From the UHGV virus genome UHGV-1374396: a stretch of 64,000 nt of DNA. One strand, 5' to 3'. This document shows positions 9,677 through 17,823 of the stretch, in pieces; position 1 is the first letter of the stretch; every line of letters starts with the position of its first letter. The notes below the pieces were generated by a model. That model saw only the letters and a list, made by a program, of their open reading frames with translations, was not told the origin of the DNA and made no database searches. Origin of the DNA: a virus. The position numbers and the translations under genes were made by a program.

Positions 9677-10435
9677 TTAGATATCTCCGTGCTTCTTCTT
9701 CTTTTTCTTCTTTTTATCTTTCTTAGCCTTAGTATCTTCCTCTTCATCATCTGAAGGGTCTTCGTTTAAGAACTTATTAAGTTCTTCTTCAAGCTCTTCA
9801 TAAGATTTAATCTGAGAACGAACCATTGCTTCCAAATCTACTGTTTGAAGAAGTTTCTTATCGACCTTTGTTGGTTTACAGTTTCTTACTGAATAAGATG
9901 TATCGAATTGGCCTGTTCCAGTTCTATCAATCTTAATGTCATAACCATTTACTGGGTCTGTCATATCTCCAGCTTCATCTTCATCTAGATAAAGTTCGAT
10001 GATATCTTGATAAACTGATGCAGGTACTAATACGCAACGTGGTTTACCATCGTAGTCTAGTTCCTTACCCTTTTCATCAGCATATACCAAAGCAGCCAAT
10101 ACATAACGACGGCCTGGTACTAATTTCTTTGCCAAGATTTTATCGTCTTCATTCTTAGAAGATTTTAACTCTTGGTACTTCTCCATTATTGGACAAGGTT
10201 CATCGAATGTAGCTGGAGAATATACTGAATGACCTCCGAAATAGAATCTAACTATTTCACAACCAAGTTCTTCAGTTGGACCAGGGCTGAGTAGTCTAAC
10301 TCGTGTAGTACCATTCTTAGGGAATACAAAACCATTACCTGTACCCTTTTCAGCTAACTTCTTTTTTCTCTGTAACATCTTCTCTTTAGTAGACATACCA
10401 GATGAAGATAACTTCTTTTTCTTTTCTTTTGCCAT
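9677..10435 (-). CDS. Putative ssDNA-binding protein (gp32-like role) with Lys-rich N-terminus and acidic C-terminal tail
   Basis: Sits next to the recombinase. C-terminus EDPSDDEEEDTKAKKDKKKKKKKK. Possible Cys/His cluster (GCEIV...GGHS...EPCP). The assignment rests on context and composition only. Confidence 0.35.
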   Translation of the reverse strand: MAKEKKKKLSSSGMSTKEKMLQRKKKLAEKGTGNGFVFPKNGTTRVRLLSPGPTEELGCEIVRFYFGGHSVYSPATFDEPCPIMEKYQELKSSKNEDDKILAKKLVPGRRYVLAALVYADEKGKELDYDGKPRCVLVPASVYQDIIELYLDEDEAGDMTDPVNGYDIKIDRTGTGQFDTSYSVRNCKPTKVDKKLLQTVDLEAMVRSQIKSYEELEEELNKFLNEDPSDDEEEDTKAKKDKKKKKKKKHGDI

Positions 10436-10439
10436 GTTG

Positions 10440-10844
10440 TTATTTTTTATTTGATTCGGTGTAAATAATCTCCTGTATACTTAATATGGTGAATGTGTGA
10501 TCTTCAGGATTAAAGTTTTCTACTTCTTTAAAGAGATCTTCAGGAAAGTCTATTTCTTTACCAGCATACATACCGTAAGTAAGTATTCTACCCACTTTAA
10601 GTGAATCTCTGTAACATGTGTACTCTTCTGTTAGAATACCGCCTTGAACCATAACTCCTTTACGTGGTAGGTCTTTTTTATCTGTATTATCAGGTAAGAT
10701 AATACCTCCTACCTTTAAATCAGTATTCTTAGGTGTAAGTATCATTATTCGGTTCTGTGGTAATGAACCACCTAATTTACAAGCTAAGATATTCTTTATC
10801 TCAATTGCTTGTTCTTTACTAATGAAATTTTGTTCTACGTACAT
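10440..10844 (-). CDS. GroES-like co-chaperonin (T4 gp31 analog)
   Basis: ...RIMILTPKNTDLKVGGIILPDNTDKKDLPRKGVMVQGGILTEE...LKVGRILTYGMYAGKEIDF matches the GroES pattern (GGIVLP...G.VvavG...vkvGD.V.f..y.G.e). Length 134 aa. Confidence 0.55.
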   Translation of the reverse strand: MYVEQNFISKEQAIEIKNILACKLGGSLPQNRIMILTPKNTDLKVGGIILPDNTDKKDLPRKGVMVQGGILTEEYTCYRDSLKVGRILTYGMYAGKEIDFPEDLFKEVENFNPEDHTFTILSIQEIIYTESNKK

Positions 10845-10885
10845 TGTTTAATTATTTAATGATTTACATTATACTATAGTAACTA

Positions 10886-11302
10886 TCAAGACCTTCGTGA
10901 ATTAGCACTTAAAGTTCTAAGAACGCCTTCGCGTGCTTCATAGGCCTTACATAAGTCGATGAATTTTGCTGCCTTTTCTACTGATTTTAAATACCTATTA
11001 GAAATAGATATATACTTATGGTTACAAGTTGCTTTGTTTGTTACATAATCATTGCTCCAAGCTGGATTTGTATCTTTAATGAAGGTAAAAGCTTTGGCAT
11101 AAGCTTCATCTCTTTCTCTTGCTAGTATATCTCTTTTACGTATATATTGATTACGTATAGAACATAGTATGAAATAACTAGAAGGTGATTCTTTAAGCTG
11201 TGTTTCAAGCTTATTTCTATCTATGGATAGTTCTTTCTGTATATCTATTGTTATAGATTTACCTTGGTACTTAACTTTTATAGGTTTTATGTCTATGTTC
11301 AT
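10886..11302 (-). CDS. Hypothetical protein
   Basis: 138-aa ORF in the colinear block. Confidence 0.4.
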   Translation of the reverse strand: MNIDIKPIKVKYQGKSITIDIQKELSIDRNKLETQLKESPSSYFILCSIRNQYIRKRDILARERDEAYAKAFTFIKDTNPAWSNDYVTNKATCNHKYISISNRYLKSVEKAAKFIDLCKAYEAREGVLRTLSANSRRS

Positions 11303-11511
11303 AGTGATTCAGTTGTTAAATTAGAACTTACACTATCAATGTGAGCTAATTCTCTTTCGCAGCAAGGGCATGTTACTACCCTCATATTTGACATAAGATG
11401 TCTACTGAAAATACTTTTAACGTCTGATATTTCATATTCAAACTCCGTATCACAGTAGTTACACTTAGCTCGATATTTAACTCTTTCTACTCCTCTTAAA
11501 ATCTTCTTCAT
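11299..11511 (-). CDS. Small zinc-ribbon protein
   Basis: CNYC...(x25)...CPCC cysteine pairs in 70 aa. Confidence 0.4.
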   Translation of the reverse strand: MKKILRGVERVKYRAKCNYCDTEFEYEISDVKSIFSRHLMSNMRVVTCPCCERELAHIDSVSSNLTTESL

Positions 11512-13843
11512 AGGATCTCATTTCTTTTTTATACAATTTACCGAATACCTCAGGAGAAGCAGCAGTAAAGTTACCAACCTTTTTAGATTTGAATGTGTGG
11601 TACTCTTTCATATACTCTTCTACACTGAAGTCAGGTTCTAATAGTTTATTATAGTCATAACCTGGTATGAAAGGTAATTCTTCTGCCATAGACCTACCTA
11701 TAGTAAAGTCCATTGACATAGCTACATCATCTACCTGGAAACCAAAATATTTCTTAGTACTTGGATTACGTAGGGTTTCCCATATACTGTGTACTGTCCA
11801 GGTATTTATATTCTCTGGTTTAGAATACATATATACGGCATCGTGTACTGTACAAGCTTCTTTCATCATAGGTAATTTACCTTGACGCATTCTCCAATAA
11901 AGCAATATAGCTCCAAAGTTAGTCATATTAGCAGCAGCCCCTTGACATGGAAAGTTAAGTCCAAGACGTATTGCATAAGCTACATCTGCATTACTATCAG
12001 AGTATATTTGAGGTAATCTTCTCCTAGTACCGAATAATTGTGTATAATAACCATACTTCTTAATAAGTTTCTCCTGTTTAGCCTTAAACTTCTTAATCTT
12101 AGGGTGATCTGCAAAGAATTCATCCATCTCTTTCTGAGCTTCTTCTTTGGTTACTATAATACCTGCCTTAGGATCTGATAGTTTTACAGCTAGTAAAGCA
12201 GAACCAATACCGTAGATAAGTCCGAAAGCAATTTGTTTTGCTCCCTTTCTTCGTATCTTCCAAAGTTTATGATCTGGGTGATTCTCATCATCGTGTGCTT
12301 TTGTTGCTTCTTCAATTGGTACTCCATATTTCTTTGCAGCAATTGAAAGGTGAGGGTCTACTCCATCTCTGAAAGCCTTAAGATAGGTTTCATCACCCGA
12401 TAAATGAGCCATCATTCTTAACTCTGCCTGTGAGTAGTCGAAGGCAATGTATAAATAACCTGGTGGAGCTACTAATTGTTTCTTTATATTAGGGTCTACA
12501 GAGGTTTTAGGTATTTGTTGCATATTTGGTTCAGAACTACTAAACCTATTAGAATCTGTTCCATGAATATTATATCTACCATGTAACCTATTATCATCCT
12601 GTACTTTTTCACTCCAACCTACTATGTATGTTTTATACATTTTCTCTAAACCCCTAAGTTCTAATAGGTTATCGAGGAATACGGCTTTATCGCATTCTGG
12701 GTCTTTATATTGAAGTCTTAACTTAACTAAACTTTCTTCATCAGTTGAAGGTGAACCAGATTCAGTTTCTTTTAGAGGTGTCATTTTAAAACCATGTTTA
12801 CTAAACATTAACTCAGGTAAGTCTTTCTTACTGTTAAGGTTTATTGGTCTTACTAATTCTCTCTCTGTTTTATTTGAATATATACCAGCTCTAACGTTGG
12901 ATATTTTTTGCTCCCTAGAAGCTATCTTTCTAGCATCTTTAGGATCATTATAATCTAAATCTTCTAATTCCCTTTCTATACTTTCTAGATATGCACTTAT
13001 ACGTTGTTTTATGTAATACTTTTGGAATTTCTTAACTACTGGTAATTCCATAATAGTATTATAGGCTTTATCTATTTTAGGCTTATATTCTGCTAATAAT
13101 TTTTTATTAAATTCAACATCAACGTATAGGCCTTCTTTCTCTACTGATGTAAGAACCCTTGAATTACACATAAACAGGTTTCTGAATACTGAATAAAAAC
13201 CTAAATCAATAAGTTTTTTCTCAAAGAATATCATTAAACGAAATGTATAGTCAGTATCCTGACAACCATATTTACATAAGCTCTTAAGTGGTTTCTTATC
13301 CCAAGGTAATTTATCAAAACCTTTATCTGATTCATAGTCTGCCGATTCAGGTAAGTATAATCTTACCATATCTTTAAGACCGTGTGGACGTTCCTCATTA
13401 AGTACATACTTAGCTAACATACCATCTAATAATGTACCTCTATAGTATATGCCGTACTTCTGATTTATCTGGTCATCGAATTTAGCATTCCAAGCAACCT
13501 TAGTAATTTCTGGGTTTTCTATTACCTCTCTACCAAAGTGTCTAAGTTCTTTTTTCCAGTTCCAGTTGTTACCACAGTACTTTTTAGTTTCAGGGTGGTC
13601 TAGAGGTATAGAACAACCAAATCCTGGCATGAAACTTACTGAAAGTATAGTAGGTTTAAAATCATTATAATATATACCTCTAGCATTAGTTTCATAGTCG
13701 ATACAGGCATAACCAGTCTTCTTACAAGATTCTATAAGAGTATCTAGTTCCTGTCTGTTTTTAATAATGTGATATCTTGTTCTTCTCATACTTGTTACAG
13801 TTAAAAAGGAGATACCGATAGTTATACCGATACCTCCAATCAA
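11477..13843 (-). CDS. DNA polymerase, family A (Pol I-like)
   Basis: Motif A DYSQAELRMMAH, motif B RRKGAKQIAFGLIYGIG, motif C VHDAVYMY. The N-terminal region is exonuclease-like. The true start may be the internal Met at 13789 (MRRTRYHII...). Confidence 0.85.
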   Translation of the reverse strand: MIGGIGITIGISFLTVTSMRRTRYHIIKNRQELDTLIESCKKTGYACIDYETNARGIYYNDFKPTILSVSFMPGFGCSIPLDHPETKKYCGNNWNWKKELRHFGREVIENPEITKVAWNAKFDDQINQKYGIYYRGTLLDGMLAKYVLNEERPHGLKDMVRLYLPESADYESDKGFDKLPWDKKPLKSLCKYGCQDTDYTFRLMIFFEKKLIDLGFYSVFRNLFMCNSRVLTSVEKEGLYVDVEFNKKLLAEYKPKIDKAYNTIMELPVVKKFQKYYIKQRISAYLESIERELEDLDYNDPKDARKIASREQKISNVRAGIYSNKTERELVRPINLNSKKDLPELMFSKHGFKMTPLKETESGSPSTDEESLVKLRLQYKDPECDKAVFLDNLLELRGLEKMYKTYIVGWSEKVQDDNRLHGRYNIHGTDSNRFSSSEPNMQQIPKTSVDPNIKKQLVAPPGYLYIAFDYSQAELRMMAHLSGDETYLKAFRDGVDPHLSIAAKKYGVPIEEATKAHDDENHPDHKLWKIRRKGAKQIAFGLIYGIGSALLAVKLSDPKAGIIVTKEEAQKEMDEFFADHPKIKKFKAKQEKLIKKYGYYTQLFGTRRRLPQIYSDSNADVAYAIRLGLNFPCQGAAANMTNFGAILLYWRMRQGKLPMMKEACTVHDAVYMYSKPENINTWTVHSIWETLRNPSTKKYFGFQVDDVAMSMDFTIGRSMAEELPFIPGYDYNKLLEPDFSVEEYMKEYHTFKSKKVGNFTAASPEVFGKLYKKEMRSYEEDFKRSRKS

Positions 13844-13853
13844 TCATCAATAA

Positions 13854-14612
13854 TTAAATTAACTCGTCTATCGAAGTTTTTAATAAATGCCAATCTCTCT
13901 TATAACAGTGTAGAGAATCAATTGTATGGAATAAGAAACCTGGTTTTACACCAACTTCTTTTGCTATGTATTCCATCATACACCATGCTAGATATACATC
14001 ATCTCCAAAGTGTCCAACAAAGTCAGAGCTACGTTGGTGATATACTAGATTCAATTGTTTACCATTACCCAAATCTCTGATAAGTAAATCGTAATACATT
14101 GAACAAGGTATACGAGCATCACCACAGTAATGTTTAGTATCACTACCTGTGAATATAGGTATAATTGCCTTACGAGTATCTGGGTCATTCTTTAGTAATT
14201 CAATAACCTCTTCGATAACTGTACCTGAATTCTCAGAATTACCGTTTTTACGATTAAACCTTTCAGCATAGGTATAGTCGAATTTCATACCTTGGTCAGT
14301 TTTTACTAAAAACTCTTTCCACATACCAGGATTAAGTTCCCAAGCATTACCAGGATTAAGTTCCTTACCAGATATTCTCTCTTGAAACTCTTTTCTTGCC
14401 CATTCAAATGTTTTTGTATAGATGAATAGGAATTCTGGGTCTGGTAACTCTGTAAGACAGTACTGTTTACAAATCTCTTCTTTAGTTACCATGTTATCAT
14501 CTTTAGAGATGTCTTTATTCTGGTAAGTTTTAGGTTTATTTAATAAACCCATTTCCCATAAGTCTCTGCCCATTTCAGACATTAACTCTCTTGTGTTACT
14601 GTATATTCTCAT
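13854..14612 (-). CDS. Thymidylate-synthase-family pyrimidine C5-modifying enzyme with Asp at the specificity position (dCMP hydroxymethylase- or methylase-like)
   Basis: LLKNDPDTRKAIIPIF vs E. coli ThyA LKNDPDSRRIIVSAW. Catalytic IPCSMYYD vs APCHAFFQ. LVYHQRSSDFVGHFGDDVYLAWCMM vs [25 protein letters not shown], so the Asn177-equivalent residue is Asp, as in T4 dCMP hydroxymethylase. Confidence 0.75.
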   Translation of the reverse strand: MRIYSNTRELMSEMGRDLWEMGLLNKPKTYQNKDISKDDNMVTKEEICKQYCLTELPDPEFLFIYTKTFEWARKEFQERISGKELNPGNAWELNPGMWKEFLVKTDQGMKFDYTYAERFNRKNGNSENSGTVIEEVIELLKNDPDTRKAIIPIFTGSDTKHYCGDARIPCSMYYDLLIRDLGNGKQLNLVYHQRSSDFVGHFGDDVYLAWCMMEYIAKEVGVKPGFLFHTIDSLHCYKRDWHLLKTSIDELI

Positions 14613-14650
14613 ATTCTTATTATTTGTATTTTATATAATAAAGTTAATCA

Positions 14651-15571
14651 CTATGCTTTATGAGCTGATTTTCTTTTAAGAAGCTTCCTTTTATAGGATT
14701 TACGCTGAGAGAATGTGATACAACTTTCTGGGTATTCAATTGTATCATCTCCCAAGTTTAAATCTTTTGCTAACAAGGGTTTATATTCATACAGGTCTGG
14801 ACGTATCACCTTAAATGCTCTTAGATATACTTTAAACTTAGAGAACTCTTCAGGAGTACCGTCCATGAATTTATTATATACCTCTTTTACTCTCTTGTAC
14901 CAAGAAGATTTTTTATCATAACCTTTGAAAATATCTTTGAAAGGTTTATGAGCTACGTACATTAAGAGAGTTTCTACGTTACCATACATCTGTGTAGCAA
15001 ATACGTTTATTTGTACTGCCTGGTCTTTACCATATACATATTCTGCCATACGTTGAACCAGTAAGAAGTCGAATATAAGTCTCTTTGTAATTTCTGAAGC
15101 TCTAAGAACTACAGTTACTACTGGTATATCCTCCTGAAACCTTTTACTAAAGGTAGCTGCTAGAAGGCACTGTTTACCATTATTATGTGAATTATTAAAT
15201 AGGTAGCTTATATTATAATTCTGATTATAGGTTGTCTTCTTTACATTAAGCTGAGATTTAATCAAATCTAGTTGATTAAAGTCTATGTAATTGTTTAATA
15301 ATACTGTCCACTTAGCTTCAGTATAATTAAAGTGACGACCATAATCGAATTCAGGGTCTATCCAAGCTCTACGTATTTTTATAAATACATTATAGCATAC
15401 TGCTACTCCTGCATTTGCCACTGCTCCCTTTGAGAACAATAGAGGGTCTAAAGTTAGAAAACCCTCATTTAACTTTTCCCATGCCTCTTGTGAAGTAGCA
15501 AATTCCACGGCATGACAAGTTTCTTCTGAGTTTAACTTTAGACCTTCAAGGGGCTTATTCCAACCACCCAT
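14651..15571 (-). CDS. Hypothetical protein; possibly a highly diverged TS-fold paralog
   Basis: Weak, by-eye correspondence to ThyA core elements: QCLLAATF ~ PCHAFFQF, VVLRASE ~ LYQRSCD, IFDFLLVQRMA ~ [12 protein letters not shown]. Not reliable without profile search. Confidence 0.3.
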   Translation of the reverse strand: MGGWNKPLEGLKLNSEETCHAVEFATSQEAWEKLNEGFLTLDPLLFSKGAVANAGVAVCYNVFIKIRRAWIDPEFDYGRHFNYTEAKWTVLLNNYIDFNQLDLIKSQLNVKKTTYNQNYNISYLFNNSHNNGKQCLLAATFSKRFQEDIPVVTVVLRASEITKRLIFDFLLVQRMAEYVYGKDQAVQINVFATQMYGNVETLLMYVAHKPFKDIFKGYDKKSSWYKRVKEVYNKFMDGTPEEFSKFKVYLRAFKVIRPDLYEYKPLLAKDLNLGDDTIEYPESCITFSQRKSYKRKLLKRKSAHKA

Positions 15572-15697
15572 ATTACGAATTAGATTTTCTTAGGGCCTTA
15601 GCAGCCTGTTGTTCTTTACGCATAAGTTCTTCTAACTCTCTAGCTTCTGCTTTTCTTTTCTGTACTTTACCGAAATTCTTTTTCATATGTGTATATT

Positions 15698-16570
15698 TTA
15701 ATAATTACTGGCCTGTCTGAAACAATTTACCTTATGTTTCTTAAAGAAGAGTACATAAAAGGTTTCTGGTGTAAAACCCATAACACTTAAGTAACCGCAG
15801 TAAGCAATGAAAGCTCTTACTATCTGTTCCTGGTAACGTAAACCATCAGTTAATTCTTGAGTTTGTTTCCAAGTCTTATTCTTTAAGAAGTTTCTACCTA
15901 TGTTAAGATGATAGCATACTTTCCATAGCATATTATCTTCTTTTGAATGCAGTTCACGAGTTATACTTCTGAATCCAGGGATATAACTTAGTACATGTTC
16001 TACATCTTTGTTGTGGTCAACTAGTAATTGTTCAGTTACTAAGTTAAACAGTTGAAGTTTAGGTTCTACATAACCTTCAGTCTGTAATATAAAGTGTCCA
16101 AAACCAAATAAACCATTTAGATTATCTACTGAATGGTCTGTACCTTTTAGTATACGTTGGTTGATGTATTCATATATATCCTCTGGACCGATATTAGCAT
16201 ATATGAATAACTCTGTAAAGAAAGCAAAGGCATCTGCTTGTTCTTCGTTTGAGTTCTGCAAATGATTTATTACCATCTCGAACTGATCATGGGTTAATAG
16301 GTCCATATTCCAACCTACTGATTCAGCTATTCTGATAGCTTCTTCTGTTGATTCATAACCTTCTGCAGTCTCTTCTATAACTCTTGCAGAGAAATCTTTA
16401 AGTACCAACTGACCTTGTTCTGAGTTTATACTTATGGGGTACATTGGTAGATTCTTTTCAATCTTGCCAATGTAACCTTCCATAAGTCTCTTCTGTAACT
16501 CAAAAATCTTTTCTAAGAATAGGCCATCCTTTACCTCTTCGGGTGTTTCTTTTATTGTACGTATGTCCAT
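15698..16570 (-). CDS. Putative all-alpha NTP pyrophosphatase (MazG or dCTPase/dimeric-dUTPase-like)
   Basis: Acidic helical segments VIEETAEGYESTEEAIRIAE and EEQADAFAFFTELFIYANIG resemble the MazG EExxE / EELGD helices. Lies between the TS-like and dUTPase-family genes. Confidence 0.3.
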   Translation of the reverse strand: MDIRTIKETPEEVKDGLFLEKIFELQKRLMEGYIGKIEKNLPMYPISINSEQGQLVLKDFSARVIEETAEGYESTEEAIRIAESVGWNMDLLTHDQFEMVINHLQNSNEEQADAFAFFTELFIYANIGPEDIYEYINQRILKGTDHSVDNLNGLFGFGHFILQTEGYVEPKLQLFNLVTEQLLVDHNKDVEHVLSYIPGFRSITRELHSKEDNMLWKVCYHLNIGRNFLKNKTWKQTQELTDGLRYQEQIVRAFIAYCGYLSVMGFTPETFYVLFFKKHKVNCFRQASNY

Positions 16571-17136
16571 TACTTTTTAGGTTTATTATTACCAGATCCC
16601 ATACCTTTATCACCTCTTGTTCCCCAGTTCTTAGCTTCTTTATCGAACTCTTCCTGAGTAATCTCTTCTGGTTCAGTTAAATAAATTGGTGTATGAATCA
16701 ACTGTACCAAAGCTTCTCCAGCTTTTAGTTGAACTGGTCTGCATGATGTATTATATACACATAGGTTATATTCTCCAGTATAAGGTGAATCACCTACTTG
16801 AGCAGTGAATATTAAACCTTGTTTAGAACTTCTACCTGATTTATTTGCTACTATCAGAGCTGAATTAATAGGCTCTGCCAATATTCTAATACCACTTGGT
16901 AGATTGATTCTTGTGTTTGGTCCAAGGAAGATATCAGTAACATTACCTTCATTGTAAGCTAGACTTACTGTGTTTTCTGTATTTGCTACTTCTGATATTT
17001 CTAAATGAGGGTTACTCAATGCAATATCAGACAGTTTAAAATCCTCTGGTATGTAGAAATCCAAACCAGCATCACCAACATTATTTCTTGTTGGTTCATG
17101 TACTTTACGTACTTTTACGAATCTAATTCTTTCCAT
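16570..17136 (-). CDS. dUTPase / dCTP deaminase family protein
   Basis: Motifs NVGDAGLDFY (AGxDL), VANKSGRSSKQGLI (RSS), QVGDSPYTGEY (GxIDxDYRGE-like). Confidence 0.7.
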   Translation of the reverse strand: MERIRFVKVRKVHEPTRNNVGDAGLDFYIPEDFKLSDIALSNPHLEISEVANTENTVSLAYNEGNVTDIFLGPNTRINLPSGIRILAEPINSALIVANKSGRSSKQGLIFTAQVGDSPYTGEYNLCVYNTSCRPVQLKAGEALVQLIHTPIYLTEPEEITQEEFDKEAKNWGTRGDKGMGSGNNKPKK

Positions 17137-17401
17137 GTTGTAAACTTTTTATGTTTGAAAAATTATGAACTTTATCTATAAGGTCTCCATAGGTAATACC
17201 ATCATGGTATGTAAATTTCAAATCGAATACAGTCTTATCCAATTCATCATTTATACTTTTTATGATATGAACCATATCTTTCTTATTACCTATGATATCT
17301 TCTAATTTGCATTCTCTACCAACCCATTGATTTGGGTTGTTCATATACCTTGAAAGTATTCGTGTTATTATAGGGATAACAATTTCTGTAACTTTGTACA
17401 T
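17123..17401 (-). CDS. Hypothetical protein
   Basis: 92-aa ORF, colinear and overlapping its neighbours. Confidence 0.35.
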   Translation of the reverse strand: MYKVTEIVIPIITRILSRYMNNPNQWVGRECKLEDIIGNKKDMVHIIKSINDELDKTVFDLKFTYHDGITYGDLIDKVHNFSNIKSLQHGKN

Positions 17402-17781
17402 CAGCTTATCTCCTTATATATTTTACGTATTATCTTAGTTGGTACTTCAAACTTATTACTAGCTTTGCTTATACACTCTTTACGTGTATACCCTTTTCTT
17501 TTATATATTCGTAAGTATTTTTTAATACCTGTTACATCTTCTAATACGTCTAAATCCTTATACTGATTTTCTTCTTCTAACTCTTTACGAGTTTTATTAA
17601 GTAGTTGGCTCATTCTGTAAGCACATAATTCAGAATCACCACATAACTTACACTCTTTAGTACTTAAGTCATATGCTTTACCAAAGCAAGGGTCTCCATT
17701 ACCACCTATTGATGTTAGGTCTATAGGTACTAATGGGTCATGACTACTTAAATCTGGTAATTGTTTTTGTTTCTTTGCCAT
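17401..17781 (-). CDS. Hypothetical Cys-containing protein
   Basis: 126-aa ORF with CFGKAYDLSTKECKLCGDSELC. Confidence 0.35.
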   Translation of the reverse strand: MAKKQKQLPDLSSHDPLVPIDLTSIGGNGDPCFGKAYDLSTKECKLCGDSELCAYRMSQLLNKTRKELEEENQYKDLDVLEDVTGIKKYLRIYKRKGYTRKECISKASNKFEVPTKIIRKIYKEIS

Positions 17782-17823
17782 TGTATATGTTGTTATTTTA
17801 TTTACTTATTATATAATTGATAC

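Noticed and set aside
11477-13843. The N-terminal 18 residues (MIGGIGITIGISFLTVTS) of the polymerase ORF as a signal peptide or TM segment
   Set aside because: The hydrophobic stretch more likely comes from choosing the most upstream ATG. The internal Met at 13789 (MRRTRYHII...) is a more plausible start for a cytoplasmic polymerase.
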